Below, piece after piece: positions 1 through 6,349 of a stretch of DNA of 7,790 bases; positions within the stretch are counted from its first letter, which is position 1; the number at the start of each line of letters is the position of its first letter. The translations under genes were made by a program, and so were the position numbers. Source of the DNA: Candidatus Micrarchaeota archaeon (GTDB lineage: Archaea > B1Sed10-29); assembly GCA_964388265.1 (NCBI GenBank), contig CAYLXZ010000031.1, positions 1 to 7,790 on the forward strand, read 5' to 3'. Under the pieces are notes generated by a model. That model did not search any database, was not told the DNA's origin, and worked only from the letters and a program-made list of their open reading frames with translations.

Positions 1-49
1 AAGACTAATATGTAGCTGTTCCGATAAATAAAGTAAACTAAATATCGAT

Positions 50-319
50 TTATAGGATCTGTATCTTGCTCGGTAGGAATAGCCAGGACTTAATCCTGTT
101 TATTAATCTATAAAGAGTACTATTCTCAAGCTTCTTGACTTTTTCCATTACTCTGTCTTGTTCATCTTCTGGTATCACATCACTTCCGCAAGTATCACAT
201 TCGTAGAGATGTGCGTCTTCTACTAGGTATTTATTTAGGAAGATCTCGGTTTTATAGACTTCCTCGTATTTCCCTCTCTCACACATTACGCATTCTGTGC
301 CCTCTAAGTCTGCTCCCAT
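50..319 (-). CDS. YgiT-type zinc finger protein (MqsA N-terminal-like putative antitoxin, no evident HTH)
   Basis: 89 aa with CVMC...HLYECDTCG; the spacing and the 'LVEDAHLYECDTCGSDVI' segment fit the YgiT-finger pattern. GGAGG SD on the minus strand at 332-328, overlapping the stop of the upstream frame. Confidence 0.75.
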   Translation of the reverse strand: MGADLEGTECVMCERGKYEEVYKTEIFLNKYLVEDAHLYECDTCGSDVIPEDEQDRVMEKVKKLENSTLYRLINRIKSWLFLPSKIQIL

Positions 320-331
320 TTAATCAGCCTC

Positions 332-655
332 CTAGTTTCTATTGTTCCTCAGAGTTTTTAACTTTTTTGCTTCTTTTTTAGTAATTGGTATAACACTTAC
401 TACGATTAAAGAATCCTTGAGGGGAGTAAATGGTATCTTGTACCATTTTCTTTTAGGTTCTTTAGCTATACATAGCTTTTTACTAGGTTTATTCTTTTCG
501 TTGTCTACTATCGTGCCTTATTCAATCATCTCTCTTATCCTTTTTCTGTAAGCTGGACCTATTCTATTAACTATCTTTTCTTGATGTCCTCTTTCCACAA
601 TTATCTTCTTTTCATCTAACTTCATTCTATCTTGTTTCTTGTGGAGAACCCTCAT
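332..655 (-). pseudogene. Putative DUF4258/RelE-like toxin interrupted by one in-frame stop
   Basis: Manual translation from ATG 655 (or ATG 625): MRVLHKKQDRMKLDEKKIIVERGHQEKIVNRIGPAYRKRIREMIE*GTIVDNEKNKPSKKLCIAKEPKRKWYKIPFTPLKDSLIVVSVIPITKKEAKKLKTLRNNRN*, TAA at 520-518, TAG at 334-332. Basic ~100 aa frame with H..K...RI...I..G.IV and LIVVSVIP, sitting directly upstream of a YgiT-finger gene. Confidence 0.6.
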
Positions 656-682
656 TTTACTTAATTTCCCAACGCTTGCGGG

Positions 683-689
683 TTAAAAA
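683..689 (-). promoter_or_regulatory. Putative TATA box for the toxin/zinc-finger operon
   Basis: TTTTTAA on the minus strand about 28 nt upstream of ATG 655, a spacing typical of archaeal leaderless transcripts. Confidence 0.4.
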
Positions 690-869
690 TACTTAATGCT
701 GTTCTAAAGCTAAAGAGTTCTTAGTGAAGTGTCCCCTACCTATCGAAGAAAAGAAGGTGTCTTCTCAACCACTAAGATAAAGATAGAGAGAATAGAATTG
801 ACCTACGATAAAAAATTGGGGAAACCGAAGATTTATCATTAGCGGTGCAAAATAACAAGTGTGTTAAAA

Positions 870-1172
870 ATGGTAACCGAGAAAAAGATCAAAGAAAAAC
901 TCAAGGAAGTTAAAGATCCGCACATTGGTCTAGATGTGGTTTCACTTGGATTCATCCGAGATATAGATATCCAGGGAAACGAAGTGGATATAAAGATGGT
1001 TCTAACATCACCAGGATGCCCAATGGCACAACAAATACTAGGAAAAGTCAAAGAAGCCGTAGAGGAACTGGAAGACGTGGAGAAAACAGAAGTAGAGCTC
1101 GATACAGAGCACCAATGGAGTCCAGATGACCTATCAGAAGAAGCAAAGGAAGAAATAGGACACCTATTCTAG
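870..1172 (+). CDS. Metal-sulfur cluster assembly factor (DUF59/SufT/PaaD-like)
   Basis: Motifs 'LKEVKDPHIGLDVVSLGFI', 'MVLTSPGCPMA' and 'WSPDDLSEEAKEEIG' match the DUF59 (FeS_assembly_P) signature DPE...IV.LG / LT.PGCP / W.P..MS. ATG 870 preferred over GTG 861. Confidence 0.92.
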   Translation: MVTEKKIKEKLKEVKDPHIGLDVVSLGFIRDIDIQGNEVDIKMVLTSPGCPMAQQILGKVKEAVEELEDVEKTEVELDTEHQWSPDDLSEEAKEEIGHLF

Positions 1173-1177
1173 ATAAC

Positions 1178-1307
1178 TTTTAGGCACTACATAAACTTTT
1201 TTCCAGGTCAAAAAAGTTTGCAAAAAAGATTTTAGGCACTACATCGTCTGTTTCCAAAGGATGTAGGAACTACATCGTTTCTTTCCAAAGGATGTAGGAA
1301 CTACATC
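1178..1307. repeat. Repeat array: 15-bp direct repeat, 31-bp tandem repeat and 17-bp palindromes GATGTAG-N3-CTACATC
   Basis: TTTTAGGCACTACAT at 1178-1192 and 1230-1244. Tandem units 1233-1263 and 1264-1294 (28/31 identical) plus a partial third at 1295-1307. Perfect 26-mer at 1251-1276 and 1282-1307. Palindromes GATGTAGGAACTACATC at 1260-1276 and 1291-1307. Confidence 0.95.
1193..1219. terminator. 10-bp inverted repeat with T-tract, possible terminator of the DUF59 gene
   Basis: AAACTTTTTT (1193-1202) - CCAGGTC - AAAAAAGTTT (1210-1219), 20 nt after the stop at 1172; T6 tracts on both strands. The hairpin is seen directly; the terminator role is inferred. Confidence 0.45.
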
Positions 1308-1336
1308 TAGACCAAATCTAAGAAAATTCCAATAAG

Positions 1337-1372
1337 TATAAATACTAATTTGAAAAAAATAGTAATAGGTGA
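1337..1372 (+). promoter_or_regulatory. TATA box and SD of the two-gene operon
   Basis: TATAAATA at 1337-1344; AGGTGA SD at 1367-1372, 5 nt before ATG 1378. Confidence 0.6.
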
Positions 1373-1377
1373 ATAGT

Positions 1378-1953
1378 ATGGAGCTGGTGAACCACTTCCA
1401 AAAATCCAAGAAATACGAAAAATACCCAGAAACATTCCAACAGATAAAGAAAAAACCCAGAAAACCCAAGAAAAAATTCAAACTACAGATAAACGATAAA
1501 AAAGACGCTGAAAAAGCACTACAATCAAATATACCTATCTTAATAGTAGAATCAGAAGACACAGCCATACTAAAATACCCAATGACCATACCGAAAACAA
1601 TAATAACACCTAGAGAGTATGTAGACGCTATAGAAACCTCTTTTGATATCCATAGCCTCCAAAGCACCTTACCTTTCCAAGAAAACAATGGACTCACTCC
1701 AAAACTAGAAGATACAGTCACATACATCCTCTACCTAGATCCAATAGCCGCAAGAGCCATGGTAAAAAGAAGCGAACAGAACCTAGACCTAAAATACCTA
1801 CAGAAAAGAATCTACCAGGAGAACCTTGAAGAACCAGCTACTAAAGCCCGGTTGCAAGATTTCATTAACCTTCCAGAGAAGGGAAAACCCCTTGAAAAAG
1901 AAAAACTCAAAGAAATAACAAGAAAAAACACCGTGAAGGAGGTGCTACCATGA
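1378..1953 (+). CDS. Hypothetical protein, putative antitoxin/partner of the downstream nucleotidyltransferase (AbiEi-like position)
   Basis: 191 aa from ATG 1378 (the GTG at 1369 lies inside the SD). Lys-rich N-terminus (KKKPRKPKKKFK); helical C-terminal region 'PKLEDTVTYILYLD...LDLKYLQKRI'. Stop overlaps the next start (ATGA 1950-1953). The CDS is well supported, the function is inferred. Confidence 0.7.
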   Translation: MELVNHFQKSKKYEKYPETFQQIKKKPRKPKKKFKLQINDKKDAEKALQSNIPILIVESEDTAILKYPMTIPKTIITPREYVDAIETSFDIHSLQSTLPFQENNGLTPKLEDTVTYILYLDPIAARAMVKRSEQNLDLKYLQKRIYQENLEEPATKARLQDFINLPEKGKPLEKEKLKEITRKNTVKEVLP

Positions 1954-2522
1954 TAAAAAAACTCTTAAAATCCGTATGCGAAGAACTACAGGGAATGAAA
2001 GTAGATTACGTGATAGTAGGAGGCTCAGCCCTCGTAGAAAGAGATAAACCAATAGGCACCTCCGACGTGGACTTCGCCATAACCCCAGAAGAATTCGATA
2101 GAATTACGGAAGAATTAAAAGAAAACCCGAATTTCCAAAGAATAGAAAAGATAGATCCTATGATAAGCGCTGAATTCCAAGTGAACGGAGCCTGGAGAAC
2201 CGTAGAGTTTCTAAACCCCAAGTACTTCTCAGGTGAAAAAACACCTGAAGAATTCATAAAGTACCTGAAGAACTACAGATCCAGAAAAACCAATAAAGGA
2301 TACGTCGCAGATCCAGAGGTAGTTTGGTATATGAGGCTAGTGATCTCCGACTGGGAGATATACATACAGAAGATACTCAGAGACGTCAGAGCAGGAATGA
2401 AACCCACGTTACTTGATAAAGTACTTGAAGTAGCAGAAGCTCTCGGTGAAAAGGAAAAACTAGAACCAAGAGTAAAGAAAACAAAGGAAGAAATTAGTCA
2501 CTTACTCCAACAATATAAATAG
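1950..2522 (+). CDS. Pol-beta-superfamily nucleotidyltransferase (AbiEii/DUF2204/DUF6036-like)
   Basis: N-terminal 'YVIVGGSALV...GTSDVDF' matches the GG.A...T.D.D motif; later strand 'TVEFL' offers a third acidic residue. GGAGGTG SD at 1938-1944 and ATGA coupling to the upstream gene. Confidence 0.8.
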   Translation: MIKKLLKSVCEELQGMKVDYVIVGGSALVERDKPIGTSDVDFAITPEEFDRITEELKENPNFQRIEKIDPMISAEFQVNGAWRTVEFLNPKYFSGEKTPEEFIKYLKNYRSRKTNKGYVADPEVVWYMRLVISDWEIYIQKILRDVRAGMKPTLLDKVLEVAEALGEKEKLEPRVKKTKEEISHLLQQYK

Positions 2523-2530
2523 AAAGTAAA

Positions 2531-2539
2531 TTTTTTAAA
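2531..2539 (+). promoter_or_regulatory. Putative TATA box of the lipoprotein gene (T-tract may double as terminator of the NTase operon)
   Basis: TTTTTTAAA about 25 nt upstream of ATG 2564, no SD, consistent with a leaderless transcript. Confidence 0.4.
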
Positions 2540-2563
2540 GTAGTTCTTCTTTATCTAACCAAC

Positions 2564-3442
2564 ATGAACACCAAGACCCTTATAGCCACGGTGATCATAA
2601 CCGGAGTCCTCCTAGCCACAGGGTGTATGAAAAGCGCTGGAGAAACCTCCACAGGGTCCGAGTTCCCCATGAGGCCAGAGGAACCAGGAGCAGCAGTACT
2701 ACTCGACACAGATCCATGGGAAAACCCAGCACCAGGCGAAGAAATGAACCTAGGCATAGAAATAACCAACAAAATGGATAAAAAACTCCCAGAAGACAAA
2801 TACATGATAGGACTATACTACAGACCAATCAAAATAACCAACATCACCAAACAAGGACAATACAAAACACAGACAACAAACACACCATTCCAAAAGATAA
2901 AGATCTGGAAAAAAGACATACCACCAGCCAACAAAACCCAATACGGATACAAAACCAACCTAGACTTCGAATACACATGGACACTACCAGGGAAAGAACA
3001 AGAATTCTACGAAATACGCCTAGCTCTCGAAAAAGAAATAGACGGCGAAGAGGCCACAAAGATACTTACATGGAACGCAGCAGACGTACTAACAACCATA
3101 GGGAAACAAAAGATCAAAAACTACAAACAAGGAGCACAAAAAGAAGCCTGTGAAGCCGGTGGATCCATAGAGATAACCGACTACTCCTTCCAGCAAACCG
3201 AAGAAAACGAAGGAAACCTAGAGGTACAGGTCAAGAACAACGGAGAAAACGAGATAGAGACCAAGTCCGTAGACTACATCACACCAACAGGAGGAGGCGG
3301 AGCAACAGTTACAGAAGAACTACTGCCCCTGAAAACAACTTCAATCGAAACCACGGTCTACACCGGATCTTTCGAAAATGTAACAGAGATCCAGGTCAAG
3401 ACAATCTGCCCATCGATAAACGCCACATTCCAAATAGAATAG
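2564..3442 (+). CDS. Secreted lipoprotein with beta-sandwich (CARDB/pilin-like) domains
   Basis: Signal peptide MNTKTLIATVIITGVLLATG-C with lipobox-like LATGC. Ig-like patterns 'PAPGEEMNLGIEITN' and 'LEVQVKNNGENEI...LLP'. Four N-X-T sequons (NIT, NKT, NVT, NAT). Confidence 0.75.
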   Translation: MNTKTLIATVIITGVLLATGCMKSAGETSTGSEFPMRPEEPGAAVLLDTDPWENPAPGEEMNLGIEITNKMDKKLPEDKYMIGLYYRPIKITNITKQGQYKTQTTNTPFQKIKIWKKDIPPANKTQYGYKTNLDFEYTWTLPGKEQEFYEIRLALEKEIDGEEATKILTWNAADVLTTIGKQKIKNYKQGAQKEACEAGGSIEITDYSFQQTEENEGNLEVQVKNNGENEIETKSVDYITPTGGGGATVTEELLPLKTTSIETTVYTGSFENVTEIQVKTICPSINATFQIE

Positions 3443-3500
3443 CTCAATAATTTTACAAAACTTTTATAGGAAGAGGTACATTATTAGAAAAGGTGAAAAG

Positions 3501-3764
3501 ATGACTAGAGAAAAATACAAGAATAAAGAAAAATACAAAAAGAAAAGGGAAAAGAAGTTCGACTTCACTCCAGGTGACATAAAAGACGAACTAGAGAAAA
3601 TGTACAGGAAGTCAGGATCGCTAGGTAAAAACGAAAACCTAAGTAAAGAAAACGCCTCAAAGATAAAAGAAACAGCTGAGAAAGTAATGGAGTCTAACAC
3701 CACCTTACCAAGAGAAGAGGTAATTAAAGAAACGCAAAAAAGACTCCGTGAAGAAAAAAGGTAA
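3501..3764 (+). CDS. Small Lys/Glu-rich hypothetical protein
   Basis: 87-aa ORF with AGGTGA SD just upstream and TTTTATA box at 3462-3468; fills the gap between two + strand genes. Confidence 0.65.
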   Translation: MTREKYKNKEKYKKKREKKFDFTPGDIKDELEKMYRKSGSLGKNENLSKENASKIKETAEKVMESNTTLPREEVIKETQKRLREEKR

Positions 3765-3807
3765 ACTTATTAAAAACTAACCTATTCTAATCTACAGAGG
3801 AGTAAAC

Positions 3808-4503
3808 ATGGTTCAATGTCCGATATGTGGAGAAGAGTTCGACAGCGAAAAAGGAATGAAGATACACAAATCCCAGAAACACAGCCAAGAAAAAAACTCT
3901 GAAAAACAAAAAGAAACCAAGGAAAAAGACTGGTTGTGGAAAAGAGACCCACAGGTAGCTTTAGTAACTACAGTAGCAATACTCGCCATGCTACTACTCA
4001 CCACAGTATTCGTACTATCAGTACAAAACCTAGACCTACAAACAACCAAGCTAGAAAAAAACCAAACCGAAATAAAGAAAGTATACAAGCCCCCAGACAT
4101 AGATAAAGCACTATGCGGAAAAAAAGGAGTAGACAAAATGATATACTGCAGCAACTCAACAGCATGCGCACCACAAGAAGACAAAGAAGTCAAAATAATA
4201 GCAATACACGCACCAGGAAAAGAACCCTCAACCCAACAAAGACAAATACTCAAAAACCTCTCACAAAACAACCCAGAACTAGAAACCCAATACATATGCA
4301 GATCAACCACAGAAAATTCAGAGACCTGCGAAAACCAGACATGGGGAACACCCTACAAAGAATGGGAACAAGGAGAACACTACACAGTCCCAGGACTACC
4401 AACACTTATAATAAACTGCGAATACAGAAGATCAGGAACCTACGCCAGCACAAAACCAGAAAAAGAAAAAACACAGCTACAGGAAATAATAGACGCATTC
4501 TAA
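3808..4503 (+). CDS. Membrane protein: N-terminal C2H2 zinc finger, one TM helix, external thioredoxin-like domain lacking CxxC
   Basis: CPICGEEFDSEKGMKIHKSQKH (C2H2); hydrophobic helix VALVTTVAILAMLLLTTVFVLSV; 'IIAIHAPGKEPS' and 'VPGLPTLIIN' resemble Trx-fold strand/active-site and cis-Pro regions. GAGGAG SD at 3797-3802. Confidence 0.7.
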   Translation: MVQCPICGEEFDSEKGMKIHKSQKHSQEKNSEKQKETKEKDWLWKRDPQVALVTTVAILAMLLLTTVFVLSVQNLDLQTTKLEKNQTEIKKVYKPPDIDKALCGKKGVDKMIYCSNSTACAPQEDKEVKIIAIHAPGKEPSTQQRQILKNLSQNNPELETQYICRSTTENSETCENQTWGTPYKEWEQGEHYTVPGLPTLIINCEYRRSGTYASTKPEKEKTQLQEIIDAF

Positions 4504-4507
4504 AAAA

Positions 4508-5125
4508 CTAATTTCTACCCACGATAACCGCATGATCCTTCTCAAAAGGATTCAAATACCTAACCTCCACTATCTCTAACCCTTCTTCCTTCAATTTCTT
4601 TATCTCTTCATCAAAGACTTCTTTAGGGTCCTTTGTAACGTCAATACTCCTGGCCTTAACCATGTAAACGAACCACCCACCATCCTTCAGAAACATATCT
4701 ATGTTCTTAACAAGGATATGGGTCTGTCCTCTCTGAGCTAGATCCTGATAAACAACGTCAACTTCACCAGGAACGTATCTCTCGTGATCTTCAGGTTTGT
4801 TAGCGTCATTTAAGACAGGGATTAAGTTATCTCTTTTTTCACATAGCACCATGAACTTCTCAATAGCCTTCTCAGATATATCTACACCTATGATCAATCC
4901 ATCTTCCTTCACTATATCCGATAGGTGACTAGCAGTGGTTCCCTCACCTACCCCGAGGTACAGGACTTCCGAACCTTCCTCTATAGGGAAATTCTGAAGT
5001 CCTTTCTTGAAACCCGCAGCTGGCTTAGACCTATAAGGATTCCAGAACCTATACTCCGTTCCGTCCACGGTCTTAAGTTTCTCTCCATAGACCTTTTCAC
5101 CTGGAACCAGGTTCTCCGTAGCTAT
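4508..5125 (-). CDS. flpA: Fibrillarin-like rRNA/tRNA 2'-O-methyltransferase (5' end lost in gap)
   Basis: Frame stays open beyond the ORF-track start up to the gap: IATENLVPGEKVYGEKLKTVDGTEYRFWNPYRSK..., then VLYLGVGEGTTASHLSDIV, DVVYQDLAQ, VKARSID, PFEKDHA, all fibrillarin signatures with the K-D-K-H residues. Confidence 0.96.
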   Translation of the reverse strand: MATENLVPGEKVYGEKLKTVDGTEYRFWNPYRSKPAAGFKKGLQNFPIEEGSEVLYLGVGEGTTASHLSDIVKEDGLIIGVDISEKAIEKFMVLCEKRDNLIPVLNDANKPEDHERYVPGEVDVVYQDLAQRGQTHILVKNIDMFLKDGGWFVYMVKARSIDVTKDPKEVFDEEIKKLKEEGLEIVEVRYLNPFEKDHAVIVGRN

Positions 5126-5225
5126 NNNNNNNNNNNNNNNNNNNNNNNNNNNNNNNNNNNNNNNNNNNNNNNNNNNNNNNNNNNNNNNNNNNNNNNNNNN
5201 NNNNNNNNNNNNNNNNNNNNNNNNN
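5126..5225. other. Assembly/scaffold gap
   Basis: Run of exactly 100 N, a conventional placeholder for a gap of unknown size. Confidence 0.99.
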
Positions 5226-5246
5226 TCCTATTAGATAACAGGTACC

Positions 5247-5552
5247 ATGGCGAAAAAACATCACAAGAAGAAAAGTAAAGGAAAGAAAAAGAAAGCGGAA
5301 GACATGGAACTCAAGATAGGTAGGGAAAGAGAAGAGAACAAGTACGCAAATTTAAGCGAAGAAGAAATAGAGAAAAAGATTGAACAAAAACAAAAAAGAG
5401 TTAAAGAACTTAATAAATCAATATCCAAAGTCAGTTACCTCAAAGGAGACACCAGAAAAGAAGGAAGAAAAAGAGCTAAAGAAAGAGAAGACCACCTAAA
5501 GGACTTAAGAGAACTAAACGAACGTAAACAGGAACTTGAAAAGAAGTCTTAA
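5247..5552 (+). CDS. Small highly charged coiled-coil hypothetical protein
   Basis: 101-aa ORF, MAKKHHKKKSKGKKKK N-terminus, AGGT SD-like motif before the ATG; stop overlaps the nop5 stop (TTAA 5549-5552). Confidence 0.65.
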   Translation: MAKKHHKKKSKGKKKKAEDMELKIGREREENKYANLSEEEIEKKIEQKQKRVKELNKSISKVSYLKGDTRKEGRKRAKEREDHLKDLRELNERKQELEKKS

Positions 5553-6349
5553 TCTAATATTTCCTCGATCTCCTCTTCCAGTTCTTCCTTTAACTTATCT
5601 CCCCTATATTCTCCGTCAAAGTAATCTATCCTACTGGCTATCGAGACCTTGGAAGCTACCTTACGAGCAATCTTACCTCTCTTATCAGGTGGAGATCCCT
5701 TTATCTTCGGATACTGGAATATTATACCGTGTTTAGGTGGCTTAACTCCCTTGTTCAAGTGAGCGAATAATGCTTTCTCCGCACCAAGAACCTGGACAGT
5801 TGAAGAAGGCATCTTCATCAGCTTCTCAAGCGAACCAGCCTCCGACATCAACCTAGCAGCAACACTGGAACCAAGAATGGTCTTGAGGTTAGGTGCGATC
5901 TCCTCCATCAACTCCTCAAGGTATCTCTCGAGGTCTTTTCTCTTCATCCTCATCTCAAGAGCAATTTCACCGATCTCAAGAGCCTTATCAAGATCTTTGT
6001 CTCTCAGATCTGCTCCGGAGGAACCTGAAGCAGCTTCAGATACCTCTCGAGCCTTTTCCTCACTATCTAACTCTTCCTCCAGCTTGTCTTCGGTGAAGTT
6101 CTCTCTTTCCCTTAATTCATTCGTTAACTCAAGGTAAAGATCAGTATCTTCAATCAAATCCTCTAACTCAGGGAAATAGAAAGAATAAATACCTTTAAAT
6201 TGCTCGAGCATGGTGTTACTTGTCTTATCCAAGTTATCAATCGAGTTAATTACCTGGATCGCTAGCTTATCTCTTCGGCTCTTCTCCTCCTTCACCTTCT
6301 CCTTGGTTTCCTTCATCGCCTTCTCTCTTAAGTCACTGTGATCAGTCAT
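5549..6349 (-). CDS. nop5: Nop5 (Nop56/58 family) box C/D RNP scaffold, short form
   Basis: Motifs RRDKLAIQ, YSFYFPEL, SSGADL, IAPNL, MPSSTVQVLGAEKALFAHL, PPKHGIIFQYP, RGKIAR...RIDYF. ATG 6349 preferred over TTG 6358; in-frame TAA at 6367-6365 limits upstream extension. Confidence 0.95.
   Translation of the reverse strand: MTDHSDLREKAMKETKEKVKEEKSRRDKLAIQVINSIDNLDKTSNTMLEQFKGIYSFYFPELEDLIEDTDLYLELTNELRERENFTEDKLEEELDSEEKAREVSEAASGSSGADLRDKDLDKALEIGEIALEMRMKRKDLERYLEELMEEIAPNLKTILGSSVAARLMSEAGSLEKLMKMPSSTVQVLGAEKALFAHLNKGVKPPKHGIIFQYPKIKGSPPDKRGKIARKVASKVSIASRIDYFDGEYRGDKLKEELEEEIEEILD

Noticed and set aside
518..520. Stop-codon reassignment or Sec/Pyl readthrough
   Set aside because: The codon is TAA, not TGA/TAG, and TAA terminates several other genes here, including nop5.
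342..551. 69-aa hydrophobic + strand ORF
   Set aside because: Antisense shadow of the Lys-rich interrupted toxin frame; TTG start, no expression signals.
1251..1292. Replication origin ORB boxes (TTTCCAAAGGA resembles TTCCAGTGGA)
   Set aside because: Only partial match, no G-string, no inverted ORB pair around an unwinding element and no cdc6/orc1 gene in the window.
1233..1307. CRISPR array
   Set aside because: Units are near-identical 31-bp tandems with only about 5 variable nt between 26-bp cores; no unique spacers and no cas genes in the window.
1239..1727. 162-aa minus-strand ORF (also 839-1051, 2006-2257, 2551-2805, 2595-2828, 2844-3059, 3464-3703, 3813-4310)
   Set aside because: All are antisense to better-supported + strand genes; Phe/Leu/Ser richness is expected from the reverse complement of A-rich coding DNA.
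4113..4511. 132-aa Arg/Thr/Asn-rich overlapping + ORF
   Set aside because: Alternative frame inside 3808-4503; stays open because the strand is T-poor and so has few stop codons.
4925..5278. ORF spanning the N gap
   Set aside because: Artefact of translating through Ns; antisense to fibrillarin.
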